Part shown: in pieces, positions 9,646-23,014 of the stretch | Position numbering within the stretch: the stretch's first letter is position 1 | Layout of the letters: every line of letters starts with the position of its first letter | Assembly (NCBI RefSeq): GCF_009914755.1 | Contig: NC_060933.1 | DNA from: the human T2T-CHM13v2.0 reference genome, Homo sapiens | Strand: one strand, 5' to 3' | Length of the DNA: 64,000 nt | Made by a program: the position numbers and the translations under genes | Notes under the pieces: generated by a model | The model's input: only the letters and a program-made list of their open reading frames with translations | The model's database searches: none | Told to the model about the DNA's origin: nothing

Positions 9646-12416
9646 AATGAAAATATGTGCTTCTTAGTCATCGTGAGTTCACCCTGCTAGTTAGAAGCAA
9701 AACAAATGGACTCCCAGTCCAGTGCTGTTTCCTGTATATTTTATTACTTCTCTAATTTTTCTAGCAAAGCCCATGTTTCTAGCAAAACATTTCTCCTTCT
9801 GTTTCTGGGTGTGCACATAACCAATAGTCCCTTTCTCCAATAAGTTCCATTACTCACTGCCCATCATCCACCCACCCCCGCCCTGCTGTCACCTGGGCCC
9901 CCATATCAACTTGTCAATGATGTAGCAGGGAGATGAGCCGCAGAGTGGGTCAGCAGCCTGGGGCCCTGGTCAGCACCTGCAGAGCAATCAGGGTAATAAG
10001 GAATGTAAAAATATGAATGCTCTGGGTCTCCATGATTTCCCTGTTTGCCCAATCCGTCACTCTGCTACCCATGGATTTCCCACTATTACTCATGACCCTA
10101 ATGTGGAGTGGGAGACCCTGTGTATTCCATCTCTTATTCCTGCTCACTCCAAACGCATTTCAAATATTGCCGTGGAAACGTCAATTCCCCAAGCCAAGAA
10201 GACCCCCGTTTCCCAGAAGCTACTTCTACGAACTCTAGAATATAGATGAGCCTGGCCCAATCACGCGCTGCATCTGGGCCCAGCGGATTTGTAGCACACC
10301 TGCATTGGAGGTAAATCGATTGGCGCTTCTTAATCCTGGCTACTACCAGGCAGGTTCTCTCCTACTCATTGAAGCTTAGTAGCAACATGCCCTTCACTGT
10401 AAAGAGAATTTTTTGTCCTCTCACTTGGGACTAAAGGTCAAAGTTTAAATCTATATTTAATGCCATTTTCTGAAAACTGGATTTGTGATTCCCTTTATGT
10501 TGGTATTACATATCTTAAGGGATTTCAGGGGGAGAAATCTGGGAAGCCCAGTTTCTGAGAATGACCTTTACTTTAAATGTGTAAATAGGATGGAGCTTGT
10601 GTTTCTGGTTTTTAAACCTTCTAATTGTGCTTCCAAAGACAGCGCTGGAAAGCGTAGGCTGTGGTGAGTGGTTACACAGAAGCCACTTTGAAAAGGAAAG
10701 ACTTTGATTTTTGTCTTATACAGATGAAAGGCCGGAGGCCATAAGGGCTCATGCTTTTCTGGCCTGCTAGGGACAGTTTCTTTTGAAGCTTTGTACCTCC
10801 AGCTAGAGTGATCCCACATTAGAATATGCAAATAGTACGGCCTTTAAGTGTCTCGGAAAAGGGAAAGTTCAAATTTACTTAATTCTATTTTTCCTCTGAA
10901 TTTTATAAAACATTATTGAAGTGGCATCAGAATATCATTCAGAATGTCAGTTTTAGAATATTTCAAATATTTACCTAAAGGTTTTTTAACAGCAGCTTTT
11001 ACAGTCTGAATGTGGCACTAAAAGCAGATATAAAATCGACTTTTTGTATACTTCATAAGCTCACACTTGCATATTTAGAAGGTAGGGATAAGGGTCTCTC
11101 AGTTTGCCAAGTGTCTCTAGCCAGGATTAATGGATGGATGGCTAGATAGACAGAGAGGATAGGATAGATTAGATAAAGAGAGATGAATAACTGTAATAAT
11201 AAATAAATATGCCATGATAAACTTATTTTTTAGAAAACAGATCGACCCTCATATTATCACATAATCCCCAGCTCTCAGACTCCTAAAATTTGGCATCTGC
11301 TATTTTGAAACAAGATGTGACTTGTCCTCCCTGGCTATATGGAAAAGACGGGTGTCTATAAAATTATTTTTTTTATTACTCAACATCATTATAAAATCGG
11401 GCTCTGGGAAATTTGCTGAGTCCTACCAGATTCTTCTGCCCTCACACCTCCCTGCCACTCCCACAGCAAAGGCACGGCCCCCTCCACTGCCAGCCACTGT
11501 CTGGACGCTGACTCTGCAAAGGGTCCATTGATGAGAACTGTGAGGACATCACAGCCCAGGCTCAATTCAAAAGTGGCAGGACCAGATCACAATCCCCAGC
11601 CTTTCCAACCCAAAACCCACATCCTCCCGCTTTATTCCACTCGGTTGCAAAGTGAAGCTCACTGGGCCTTCAACTTGGGGGGAAGAAAAAGACTTCTTTA
11701 TGAAGCGAGCCATTTCTCGTAGCATTTAATTTTTTTACCCTCATTCGCACGTGTCTATCAGATACCTCCTCCATCAGAAAGCAAACTCCCAGAAACAGGT
11801 TGTGGTAGACTTGGGCTGGTGTTTGCAGCCACTCTAATGACCAGATCAGGTCTCTGTGTGGTAAGCACTGAGCTGGCCAGATGGACCAAAGCTGTAACAT
11901 GCCTTGGGCACATTTGTTCACAGTTTATAGCCACAGTGAACTTCAGTTTTTAGAGAGGCATCTAAGTACCCTCTTTATGATTGCCCCAAGCTTTCCTCTC
12001 CCTCCTGTGGTCATATAGGCCTTAACTGCCACCCTCCCACCTGCAACTTCCAGCCCCTAAACACCCGCTAGGGAGGAATACAGCCCTTCTCCTGCCTGTG
12101 TCCCTCCACTGATTTCCTGGTTGGTGTTTGTTTCCTCGTTCTTGCAAACTGGGCTCCTCCCACTGTCTTCCCACCTTTGTTCCCTTGCCCCTGAATAGCT
12201 GTCACTGAAACCACTGTTGACCCTTGCCTTTCCAGAATGCCTCCCCTCCTCCCCCTGCATCCTTTATTTAATGGTGGCTGCCTTAGGCGAAGCTGATTAA
12301 TCTCACCTCCTCCACGGCCACGCTTTCTTCCCTGGGGCTCTGTGCTACCTCTGCACTTTGTTTCTAGGTGACCTCCTCTATTCCATCACTTTTAACTGAG
12401 GCAGACTCAAGGAATG

Positions 12417-12451
12417 TCTTTCTCTCTCTCTCTACACCACACACACACACA

Positions 12452-12496
<45 letters not shown>
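12417..12496. repeat. compound (CT)n-(CA)n microsatellite
   Basis: Direct reading; a long CA run ends at ~12496. Confidence 0.95.
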
Positions 12497-12497
<1 letters not shown>

Positions 12498-12919
12498 CCC
12501 AAACATACTCTCTTCCCTCTATTCACCACCATCTCTCTCCCAGCTTCTCCTTCTTTTAAGGAAAGTTGCCACCATGTCAAACTGCAATCAAGTTTTATTG
12601 TCTTTGCCGGAGGCCATTTTCTTTCTCATTCCCAACTCCTAATCTTCAAGCCTAAGGTACTCATATGATTTGTCATATTGAGACCCTCTTTTCCTTAGGA
12701 TCTTCAGGATTCCTCCACTTCATTCTCAGCAAAAATGTCTTAATTCAGGGTCCTTGTCTCTTACACCTCATCGACTGTAATGTTTGACTTTTCATGATGT
12801 AGTCCAAGACAAAAAACCAGACGGTCACATTTAAGGCAATTTTGAGAGGCTCATATAGTTGTACAACACATTAGAAGCAACTTGTTCGTGGTGGATATTT
12901 AATAAATATTGAAACAGGG

Positions 12920-13175
12920 AAGAAATAGTTAAAAATGCGGTCCCTGGAGTCAGGCAGACCAGAGTTCAAATTCTGCCTACATCCCTTACAATCTCTGAGA
13001 CCCTAGGGATGTGACTGAATCTCTCTGAGCCTCATTTCCTCTTCCATAAAAAATAAATTATAATCAGAGTACTTCTTTCCTGGGATGTTGTGAAGATTAA
13101 GTGAAATAATGGGTATGAAGGCTTAGCCTCAAGTCTGGTACAAAATATTAGTTCAAAAATATTATCTTTTATTAA
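12920..13175 (+). mobile_element. MIR, near full length
   Basis: TGGAGTCAGGCAGACCAGAGTTCAAATTCTG..CTCTCTGAGCCTCATTTCCTC..GTTGTGAAGATTAAGTGA. Confidence 0.85.
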
Positions 13176-13178
13176 ATG

Positions 13179-13258
13179 TTAGGTTGATGCAAAAGTAATA
13201 ACAGTTTTTGGCATTACTTTTAATGGCAAAAAGTGCAATTACTTTTGCACCAACCTAA
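13179..13258. mobile_element. MADE1 (Hsmar1-derived 80-bp MITE)
   Basis: TTAGGTTGATGCAAAAGTAAT..ATTACTTTTGCACCAACCTAA, an 80-bp near-palindrome. Confidence 0.95.
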
Positions 13259-14069
13259 CAGCATTCCATAGATAAAGAACAAACCCCTTGGTTTAGGGCA
13301 GTAGCCTCTTAACAGCTTAATTCTGAGTCTAATTTTTGTTTTTTAAATCTCTGCTTATTTCTAGGCTTAATTGACCAAAAAGGATTACCATTGCCTCCTA
13401 GGCCAATTTCTAGTTTCTTGCTTATGCCATACATTTTGGGTCTGAAGTTCAACAGGAATCAGGCAATCTCCCAGCTTTTTCTAACACTCTCAGAATTCAC
13501 CTCTTCACTCTTTATGGCCTTCCACTGTCTGAGAGCTTGGAGGTAGCTAGGGGTCACCTTGGAGGGCAAGCATATGGCTTGGAAAGCATTCTCTTTGACT
13601 CACTTTACCTCCCACCCAGCTCTATGCATTGTATAGATTTTTTAAGCCAAACACATGAAAGGCATGGACACAAGTCGTCCACGGAAGTTTCACCACCAGT
13701 TCAACTCTTGTAATTAATTAGCCAGTAAATTCAGTAACATTTTAAAGAAGAGTAAATTCAATCAAAGAAACAGGGAATTCAGTTCAGTCATAGGTTTAGA
13801 TTTTGCTCCCCCACTTTTTTTGGTTAGTTGTGGCTGAGCCACCACTGCAATTGAGACAAAACGGTTGGATCTGTCTTACATCAACCTCCTTTAAGCACTT
13901 TCAAGTAACTTGCCTTGACCAGAGAGCTAAGAAGTAAGCATTTCACTACCTTTTCAGCAAATGGTGATTTTCTTTGTCAGCCCCATAAAGTGAAAGTTCT
14001 AGCTGTTCCTAGGAGAAAAAAAAAAAGCTCAGTTTCACTGTCAAGGCCAAGAACTGGAAGCCAGAACAC

Positions 14070-14230
14070 TTAGAGCTCTTGGTTCTGTTGCATGATTAAT
14101 TCTCCATGAAGGCATTTAATTTTCTCTCCCTCATCTTCTGCATCTGTAAAATAGGAGTAAGCAATACCCTAGAGTTGCCAGAGATCAATGGGCAGGGACA
14201 GGCATTAATGAGGCAGCATATGAAATATTC
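14070..14230 (+). mobile_element. MIR fragment
   Basis: CCTCATCTTCTGCATCTGTAAAATAGGAGTAA. Confidence 0.55.
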
Positions 14231-15339
14231 AGTGAGATTCTTGGATAAGGAGTTACCAATGATTACATGCTTGCTTACCAACTTCCAGATTTAGCAAATC
14301 TGTATTGTTAGTACATACTAAAAATTAAAGGACAGCAAGAAATACAAATTTAATTTGTAAAAAGTCTTCAATTACTGGTTTGGAAATGCCCCTTGGAGAT
14401 ACAGGCTTCATTCTGGCTTGCTTTTCAAACTCAGTCACTAACCACAGGGTGTGAGGGTCCCGCTCCTGCAGTCTTCAGGGCCATTGGCTCCACTCTCCAC
14501 CCCCTGCTTTGTGCTACAGCTTCCAATCTGATTTCACAATAAAAGGTCACACAGCTGCCTTTGGCTGCCAAGTTTCAAATATGCCCTGATGTTAACCCTT
14601 TAGAGGCTACAGAGCAGTGGCATTTTTCTCAGTGCTGTTCCAGTATTCACATAAATGGGTCATCTAAGTTCCAAGAATATGCATGCCCTCCACCCTCCAC
14701 ATAGGACTCCATAAAACCATTACATTTGAATGAGAATGTAAGATGCTTCCAAAACTACATTGATGCTATTTCCTAAATTGATTTTTTTGTGAAGAAAGTT
14801 GTGTTGTAGTGTTCCACCCTCAGAGTGTCTTAACCAGTGAGCATCTTGTAGACAGTCCTTCCCCGATATTCTGCAACACCTCACCCCATCCCTCCAAAGT
14901 CTTTGGGGAATGAAGAAGGCTAGAGCCACCAGCTTCCCTCAGAGAGGAGACCTGGGCTTTAGGCTTCCTGAACCTCATTCTGACTCTCCTTAATGTTCTT
15001 CTTTATCCTGCTTCTTGAAAAAGCCAACTTGGAGCATATGTGGACAAGCTCCAGAAAACAGTGTGCTCTCATCAGTGAGCCCATCTAGTGGGGAAGGCAA
15101 ACAGAGTCATGCACCCGGATCCCCTTGGTGGAACCAGGCCAGCAGTCAGCTTAGAATGTCTAAGGAAGGAGACTCCAGCAGCCAATCTAACCTCACAACC
15201 CCACAACTCCTCCCTGCCTTGAATCACTCTTTCCCCGCTGGCCCACAGAGCTTTGATGCAGCCCTTCAGAGACCTGGGTGCATTGCTGACACGACTGTCT
15301 AGCCCACTCCCCTCTGAGACCTCGTGGGAAGTGTTATGA

Positions 15340-15750
15340 TTTTCTCTGTGCTCCTCTGTGCCTAGCACCGTGCCTGACACTTTAGAAGCCCTAATTGTCC
15401 GTCAGATGAATCAACAAAGATAAAATATCAGTTGACAATTAACCTGCTTCAAAGGATGAACAACTCTATTTCTGGAAACTGTATTGAAGTAATTGGTTCA
15501 CAGATTAAATTGCTAAAGTGCTTACTGGACAAGTTAGTGAGTGACTTTTTTGGCACACTTCATAATAAGTGACACATCTTTGACTAGTCACCAGGAATGT
15601 GAGTTTATCCACCAAGCATTTATTGAGACTCGCGTACGTGCCCAGGAGTGTTCCAGTACCGTGGGGGAGGGTAGCAGGGAAAGGGAAATAGAACAGAATT
15701 GTGAGTCCTGGGTCCTGTCCTCCAGCATCTTAATCCTAATGAGGAGGAAC
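15340..15750. mobile_element. two L2 3' ends in opposite orientation
   Basis: Plus: GTGCCTAGCACCGTGCCTGACAC..ATGAAT (15340-15420); minus: CAAGCATTTATTGAG..GTGCCCAGG (15600-15750). Confidence 0.65.
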
Positions 15751-16142
15751 AGATTCAGAAAGACTGTGGCAGAACACTTGTGACACTCCAAGCTGGACCC
15801 TCAACCCTGGACAAACTTGCTGTGATTTAGACATGGCTCAGCCAGCCAGATTGGTTCTGGCCACAGTATCTCTGGACCACATCATGTCACAATGCAGTAT
15901 GGTCACATCATTAAAACATCCAGACATGCCTTCAACCATTATATAGCCAAACCAGTGTCTGTGGGGAGATGAGTGGTTTCAGTGAAATCACAAGTCTGAG
16001 AGCAGAAATGGCAAATGAAGAACTTCACTGAGCAAAACCCCTGGAAAAGCGAGGGGGCCATGCCAGCCTCTTCCTTCAGAGCTCAGAGCTGCTGCCTCTT
16101 CCTCTCACCTGCCTAGGTTTCCTAACTTCTCTTGAGAGGCAG

Positions 16143-16555
16143 GTGTGGCTAACACATTTTTAAAAATAACTTGGCACCTATTTCCAACCCCCTTTTTCTT
16201 TATCTCTCTCTGCTATAGCAGCTGGAAAATCTAAATATGGTATTTCCCAGCCTCTCTGGTGTTCTCTTGGCCAATGAGACAGAAGCACAAGTCAGCTGGG
16301 GGCTTCTTGGAGGGTTTCAGCTCTCCTGACACCACCCCTACCCAAGTCCCTTTTCTGTCTTGACCACAGACATGACCGCTCAAGGTGAGGCAAGCCTCTT
16401 GTGAACATGAGAGAAAGGTTAAAATCAGCACAGAGACATTGGTCCCGATGCCAAAGCAGCCTTCAGATGTCTTGTTGTGTAAGAAAACACAATTCTGTTT
16501 AAGTCACCCTTGGGTTTTCTGTTACATGCAGCTAAACATATTCGTAACTGGATTA
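16143..16555 (+). mobile_element. MLT1 (J/K-like) LTR
   Basis: TTTCCCAGCCTC..TGGCCAATGAGA..; end TTTAAGTCAC..GGGTTTTCTGTTACATGCAGCTAAAC. Confidence 0.65.
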
Positions 16556-17080
16556 GAGAGTTAAAAATTTCCTTTTCTTTATATGAGGAATGATCAATAA
16601 GATATCAAAAGTGAATACCAAATAGGAAAGAGGAATATAGTAGCAGAGAAACTAGTATCCCTGGGACCCACAATGACATTTGTGGAACAGCTCATTGTGA
16701 CTGGCTATGGACACAAAGTGGGCCCTTTGCCTGCCTCCCAGTTAATACAGCATAGAACCTTTTAAAATAAATAGTGTTTTTAACAATAAAACCTCAATTA
16801 GCCATCTAACTATCCTCTAACTTGAACTCTCAAGTCGTTGGACAAGCTCATGTTATTCATGACCAATATTTGGACTGATGCTTTAAAGTTTTAGAAAGCA
16901 CTTTTATATGCATCATCTGGCATAATCTCTGCCACTTTTATCAGCTCCTTAAATACAGATAGGCACAGGAGTGCCTGCCTGGCTTTAGAAAGGCAATCCT
17001 TGAATCTCCCAGAAAATTAGCTTATTAGTTATCATATGTGAAATATATTCTGGTTTTATTTTTTTAAATACAATTTAGTT

Positions 17081-17543
17081 GGTTCATAGGAACATTACTT
17101 ATCAGAGCCACAAAGTGGAGACAACCCAAATGTCTATCAACTAATGAATGGACAAGCAAAATGTTGTATCTATACAATGGGATATCATTTGACCGTAAAA
17201 AGGACTGACATTCTGATACATACCAGACCATGGCTGAGCCTTGAAAGGATCTTGCTAAGTGAAAAACAAGCCAGACACAATGACTACGTATTATACGATT
17301 CCATTTATGTGCAACGCGGAATAGGCAAACTTGTAGAGACAGAAGGTAGATTAGCGGTTACGAGGAGGGGGAAGGAGGAATGGGGAGTAATGCTAATGGA
17401 TATCAAGCTTCTTTTGGGGTGATAAAAGTGTTCTAAAATTAGATAATGGTGAGGGTTGTACAATTTTGAACATACTAAAAATTGCTGAATTATACACTTT
17501 AAAGGGTGAGTTTTATGGTATGTAAATTATACCTCAATAAAGA
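17081..17543 (+). mobile_element. L1MB-type 3' end
   Basis: CAACCCAAATGTCTATCAAC..GATTCCATTTATG..GTTCTAAAATTAGAT..TATACCTCAATAAAG. Confidence 0.88.
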
Positions 17544-17569
17544 TGATATCTTTATCATATCTCATGATG

Positions 17570-17825
17570 GTATAGAGCCATCTTCTTGGGTTTGAATCCC
17601 AACTCTGCCGCATACTGGTTGTGTGATTTTGACCAAGTTACCTAACTTCTCTGTGCCTCAGTTTCCTCTTCTGTAGAGTGGCTGTAGTAAGATACCCTAT
17701 CTCATAGGACTGTTGGGAGGATTAAATTAATTATTTAAAACGTATAAATTACTCAGAATTGTACCTTTCACACAGGGAACACTGTGGAAAAGTGTCTGCT
17801 GTTATTATTATTGTTATCATTATTC
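17570..17825 (+). mobile_element. MIR
   Basis: GGGTTTGAATCCCAACTCTGCC..AAGTTACCTAACTTCTCTGTGCCTCAGTTTCCTC. Confidence 0.88.
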
Positions 17826-18048
17826 AAACCTGGGATTTTTATTTGACACAAAGACCATTCTTTGTACCAAGCTGTGAATAAATCTGTTTAGAATTATAGA
17901 TGACTTTTTGGTGTGGAGTTTGTTGTCCCTTCCTTGTCTATTAGCTACCAAAGTGGGTATCTGTTTTGTGCTTGGTTGCTTGTAGGTACAAAGGTAGTAA
18001 TTTGGAGCACAAATAAATATACCCCAGGTCTCACCAGCTGGTGATTAT

Positions 18049-18052
<4 letters not shown>

Positions 18053-18095
<43 letters not shown>
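18053..18095. repeat. (CA)n microsatellite, ~21 units
   Basis: Direct reading. Confidence 0.97.
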
Positions 18096-18096
<1 letters not shown>

Positions 18097-18774
18097 CAAG
18101 CTATGATTTTGAACACTGCATGCGCTCCATAAAGGAGCTTGCACGATCCTGCAGTTTGTTGTTAGAGCGTCAGTGGGCACCAGGTGCCTGCATTTCTTTC
18201 CTCTCCTGCATCTCCTTCCCGTCCTTCCTCTATGGCTCCCATAGAGCTGCCTAAAGGAGGCCCTGCTGCCCCAGGACAGTGAGCATCCCCAGAGTGCCAT
18301 TTCCCACCCAGGCTGCCATCTGTTATGTGCCCAGAGGAGATTGTGGATCCTTGCAGGAAAGAGAAGGATAGAAGCTTCTGTGGCTATGGGATCACGTGGG
18401 CCCCAAAGCAGCAGATCCATGCCAGAATCTCACCTTCTCAGGAGAACAGCTCTCCTGTGCTCCAACTCTCATTCCTCCAGGCGTGGCTTCAAACCCTCTC
18501 TGCCAGACCAGACTCAAAATAGCTGTTCCTGCATTTTACCCAATAGCTCCCTTTTCCTTCTGCCTCTTTCCCAAAGAAAATGTTACCCATGCAATTAAAG
18601 GAACAGTCACAAACAGATGCAAATAAGGGGTGAAAAGTGGGCTTGTCTACACTACCAACACCTGGGACCCAGCTTGGCCAGCCAAAGGCTCTATTCCAAT
18701 GCGGATAGAGAACTACCATCTTGACATTACACGAGAATGAGGTTAGCAGGGCAGTCTTTTAAAGGAGCAGGCAC

Positions 18775-18900
18775 CATTGATCATTGAATAAATAGTTATT
18801 GATCACATACTATGGCCTGGCACTAGACTGGTGCTAGGGATATCATTATGAATAAATGCAGAACTGCCTTAATCCTCATTTGCCATGAGGAGAAACAATA
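18775..18900 (-). mobile_element. L2 3' end
   Basis: TTATTGATCACATACTATGGCCTGGCACT..GTGCTAGGGAT. Confidence 0.6.
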
Positions 18901-19564
18901 GATGAATGTTGAACACACTTTTCTTTTTCCATTGAAACATCAATGATATGCTACCACATTTGGATCAACAAGACACTTTCCCAGCCTGGCCCCTCCAATT
19001 CCCTCCTAGGAGAACAGAAAGATAAACATTCTTTTATCTGAAGTTGACATGGTTTTATTTTCATGAACTAGGAGTGGCCTTAATAGACAACAGGCCCTGC
19101 TCTCCAGTCACTGCCAGAAAGAAGAGCTACAGACCATTTATTCTGAAACCACATCCCAAATACTTAACTGACTTCAGGTTCACAATCCTATACAACAGTT
19201 ACCTTTTGGCCTATAACATGGCTAAACGTATTTGATGCTTCTCATCTAAAACTCCAGGATAGCACATTAAGCATCTAGTTCCCAGGTGGTCCTCCTATAC
19301 TATTCCTCTAGGATAATGAAAATTCTCCTAGGACAGGTTGTGGAACTCATCTAAGAAACATAATAAAATATTTTGGGAAGAATTTTAGTAAGCATGATTG
19401 AAACAAAAATGAAAAGATCTAATAAATCTTCTGTTAGCCAGAATATTCTCTACCTCTTATAATTCTGGTTGGTTGAAGTTTTCTTATACCCTCAGGGTTT
19501 GTCATAACCCATTCAAAGTATTGCCTAGCAAGTCTTTATGGGGGCTGCTCCAACGTTTGAGTGG

Positions 19565-20445
19565 TGCATACTTCCACTTCTGGTATACACCCAAAAGAAC
19601 TGAAAATGAGGGCTGGAATGAATATTTATACACAAGCACATAAAAAGATGCTCAGATTCACTAATCATTAGGGAAATGCAAATCGAAACCACAATGAGAT
19701 ACCACCTCACATCCATTAGGATGGCTACTAACAACAGTAAAAAAGCCAGCTGAAAATATCAAGTGTTGGTGAGGATGTAGAGACACTGGAACCCTTCTGC
19801 ACAGTTAGTGGAAATGTAAAATGGTGCAACTGCTATGGAAAACAGTATGAAGCCTCCTCAAAAAATGAGAAATAGAATTACCGTATGATCTGGAAATTCT
19901 ACTTCTTGGTATATGCCCAAAACAATTGAAGGCAGAGTCTGGAGGAAATATTTATAGACCCATGTTCATAGCAGCATTATGCACAATAACCGAAAGGTGA
20001 AAGCAACCCAAGTGTTCATAGATGGCTGAATGGATAAACAAAATATGGTATATACATACGAGAGAATACTATGCAGCCTTAAAAAAGAATGGTACATGCT
20101 ACAACATGGATGAACCTTGAAGACACAATATGAAATGAAATAAGTCAGGCACAAAGAGAACAATATTGTGTGATTTCATTTACATGAGGTACCTGGAGTA
20201 GTTAAATTCATAGAAACAGAACGTAGAACATAGAATAGAGGTTACCAAAGGCTGGAGGGATACAGGGACCAGGACCTGGAAGGAGTTGTTGAATGAGTAG
20301 AGTTTCAGTATGGAAAGATGGAAAAGGTCTAGAGATGGATGGTGGTGATAATTGCCCAATGATGTGAATGTACTTAATGCCATTGAATTGTACACCCAAA
20401 AATGCTAAATTTGTTATTTATATTTTACCACAGTAAAAAAGCTTA
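19565..20445 (+). mobile_element. L1MB-type LINE-1, ORF2 C-terminus plus 3'UTR
   Basis: GGAAATGCAAATCGAAACCACAATGAGATACCACCTCAC, GTGTTGGTGAGGATGT, CATGTTCATAGCAGCATT, ATTTTACCACAGTAAAAAA. Confidence 0.92.
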
Positions 20446-22092
20446 AATAGAAAAAGAATAGGTGCACGCAGAATGCTACTTGCATGGATATAAGGAATGA
20501 TCACAGTAATCTCTTCTCTCCACAGCCTTAAGACCTTTCACTTTCCTGGCTTGTTTATGCCACAGAGGATGCTCAGCCCCATGGTCTCCGTTGTCATCAT
20601 CCAATAAGGAGTGTGTAAGTGGCACTGCTGTAACCACATGCACTTTACAAAAATAATATTTCATCCTTACCATTGGTACTGTCTGTGGCTGCACGCTGAA
20701 TGGGAATCATTTCAGAAGGTTCCAGCTGGCCTTCCTCAAAAGATAAAGAAAATCCTCTAAAGGATGATTTTTCTGGGATCTACTAAGAAGAGCATAATGA
20801 ATGTTGTAGAACAAACCAACTTAAAAAGTTGGTGGTGGGGGGTAGATATTGCCGACTTGCAGAAATTCCCTCTACCCCCTTTATACCAAAGGAGCCATAT
20901 CTTCATCTCATAATAAATGCAAACTTGGAAAGGCTCACAAGCCCGCCTGCCTCTTCAGCTAACGACAGCTTCAATTATGAGGCCTAATCCTGCATTCCTG
21001 ACACTCCCCTTATCCCTGCATAACTTCCAGGGGAGTCAAAGGGCCCTCCGCCCTGGACCTGGTGAGGGAGACATTAGTTATGCAGGAGCAGTGCCTGGAG
21101 CTTGCTGGCAAATTTAAGGGTCTGTTCCTATAACTGCACACACTTGGAAGCCTTAAATCCTCATACTTTGACTCTTCACCTTATGCTGAAATAAAAAGCC
21201 ACAGTAACTCCATTAAAACGTATAAAATTCCTCTACAGGAAATGAGTACTAGTTTGCTTCCAACTTACATTGGTTTTAGGTTTCTTCTTCCCAACCCCTT
21301 TTTACTTTTAATGTTGGTGTTCAATTCCATGGAAAATATTTTCTATAAGGGAAAAAAAATAAACACAAGCATCATGCAGGGTCTTTGCATTTTATTTACT
21401 AAACTGGGCAAAACATCTTTGATTTGCTGGCTCTTACTCCCTGGTAAATCAGTGGGAATTCCTCACAAATACAAGGTTGGCTTAAGTCACCCTATGGGGA
21501 CACCCAGTGACCTCTGGCTTATTGAGAAGTGACCTTGTTTTATATACTAATCGTCCACCCAGCTATATTAGTAACGAGACTATAACTCATTTTCATCCTA
21601 GGCACACACTGTGCATTATCAGTCTCCTAATTAATCCCAGACTATTCAGGGGGCAGGTATTCTTAGTTCTGATTTTCCTCACTGCTCCTCAAGCCAGAGA
21701 GTCAGAGAGTCGGCAAACAGAGGGTCGTGCTCTGTGTCCCTGAGGCATGTCCTTATGTCCCAGCCCAGAGCTCACTTCACCCCCAACACCCTCCCTCTGG
21801 ACTGGGGAAGCCCTGGGAACGAGCACACCTCTGCTGATCTCTGAGGCAGTGGTGCTTCCTCAGGGGAGAAGGAACCTGGGGTCAGCAGATATCCTGCAAG
21901 CCTGCTTAATGGACAAAGTCAACAGCAGCTTCCCCACAGGCAGAAAATAAATTCAAAGCATTGGTAGACAGCAAGCAGGCTGGGCTCTGTGCTCTGGGCA
22001 GCTCAGACTCCCACACGTTTGCCTCAAACCCTCATCGCATTCACCTTTGTCTCCGGGGATGCAGAGGAGTGGCTCCAGCCTCCCCTCCCCAC

Positions 22093-22595
22093 CTCTCTGA
22101 AGAGACAAAAACACGTAACACATTGCTAGGCATCGGTTCCAAAACACTGAGCTGGTATTAGCTCCTTTTCAAAAAGGAAGACACAAGCAGTTGTACATTT
22201 TCCATCATTTAATTGCTTATTTTTAACGTCCCCAGTTAAAAGGGAAAAGGGGCACCTATAATATCCAAGCTCTCAGCTTGAATGCGTGATCTCATTTTAT
22301 CTTCACACAACTCCATGAGGTAAGTACTATGAGTCCCATGTTACAGATGAGGAAACTTAGAAGCTACATATCTTGCCCAGTATCACACAACCGGTGGGTA
22401 GATGAGCTAGGCTTTCAATCCAGGCCTGCCTGAGCACAAAGCCCATCTTGTCCTGTAGAACTCCATTTAAGGCTCTATGCCAGATGAGAATCTGAGGGTT
22501 CGTGTGCTTGAAAACGTGTTCGTCTATGAGTGTCTAGTATTGCTAAATGGAGTATAATTGCTTCTGCTTTATTTCTTTGTAAAAATCACCATAAA
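22093..22595 (+). repeat. local direct duplication, copy 1 (contains an antisense MIR at ~22280-22445)
   Basis: Aligns colinearly with 24563-25080. Confidence 0.95.
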
Positions 22596-22749
22596 TCACG
22601 CCCCAGCTTCCCTTTCTCCCCAGGTTTTGAAATCTGGCAAGGTGAATATTAAACCATGAGCACTGGCATCTATAAACACTTTCAAAGGAGGACCAGTTCT
22701 TTTCAGCACTTGGGCCCTCCAACGCTGGGAAACCTTCCCTTGTTGGGTT

Positions 22750-22885
22750 TAAAGGAGCACTAGGCTTAGGGTCAGGAGCTCTGTGTTCAATTTCTAACCT
22801 CCGCAAGCCTTGGTTTTCTCCTCTTTGTAATGGAGATAATAATACTTATATTGCTGCTGTCTTTGCAGGGTGGTTGTGAAATGAT
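22750..22885 (+). mobile_element. MIR fragment
   Basis: GGGTCAGGAGCTCTGTGTTCAA..GTAATGGAGATAATAATAC..GGTTGTGAA. Confidence 0.6.
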
Positions 22886-23014
22886 AGTCCTCAGCCTCCT
22901 TTCTAAGCTTCTATTCTAATCAGTCAGTACGTTTTGGAAGGCCTCAGTAAAGCAGTCTTGACCATCTCTCTTCTTACTCCATCTCCCTAGGCAATTCTTG
23001 TCCACCCCAATAGT

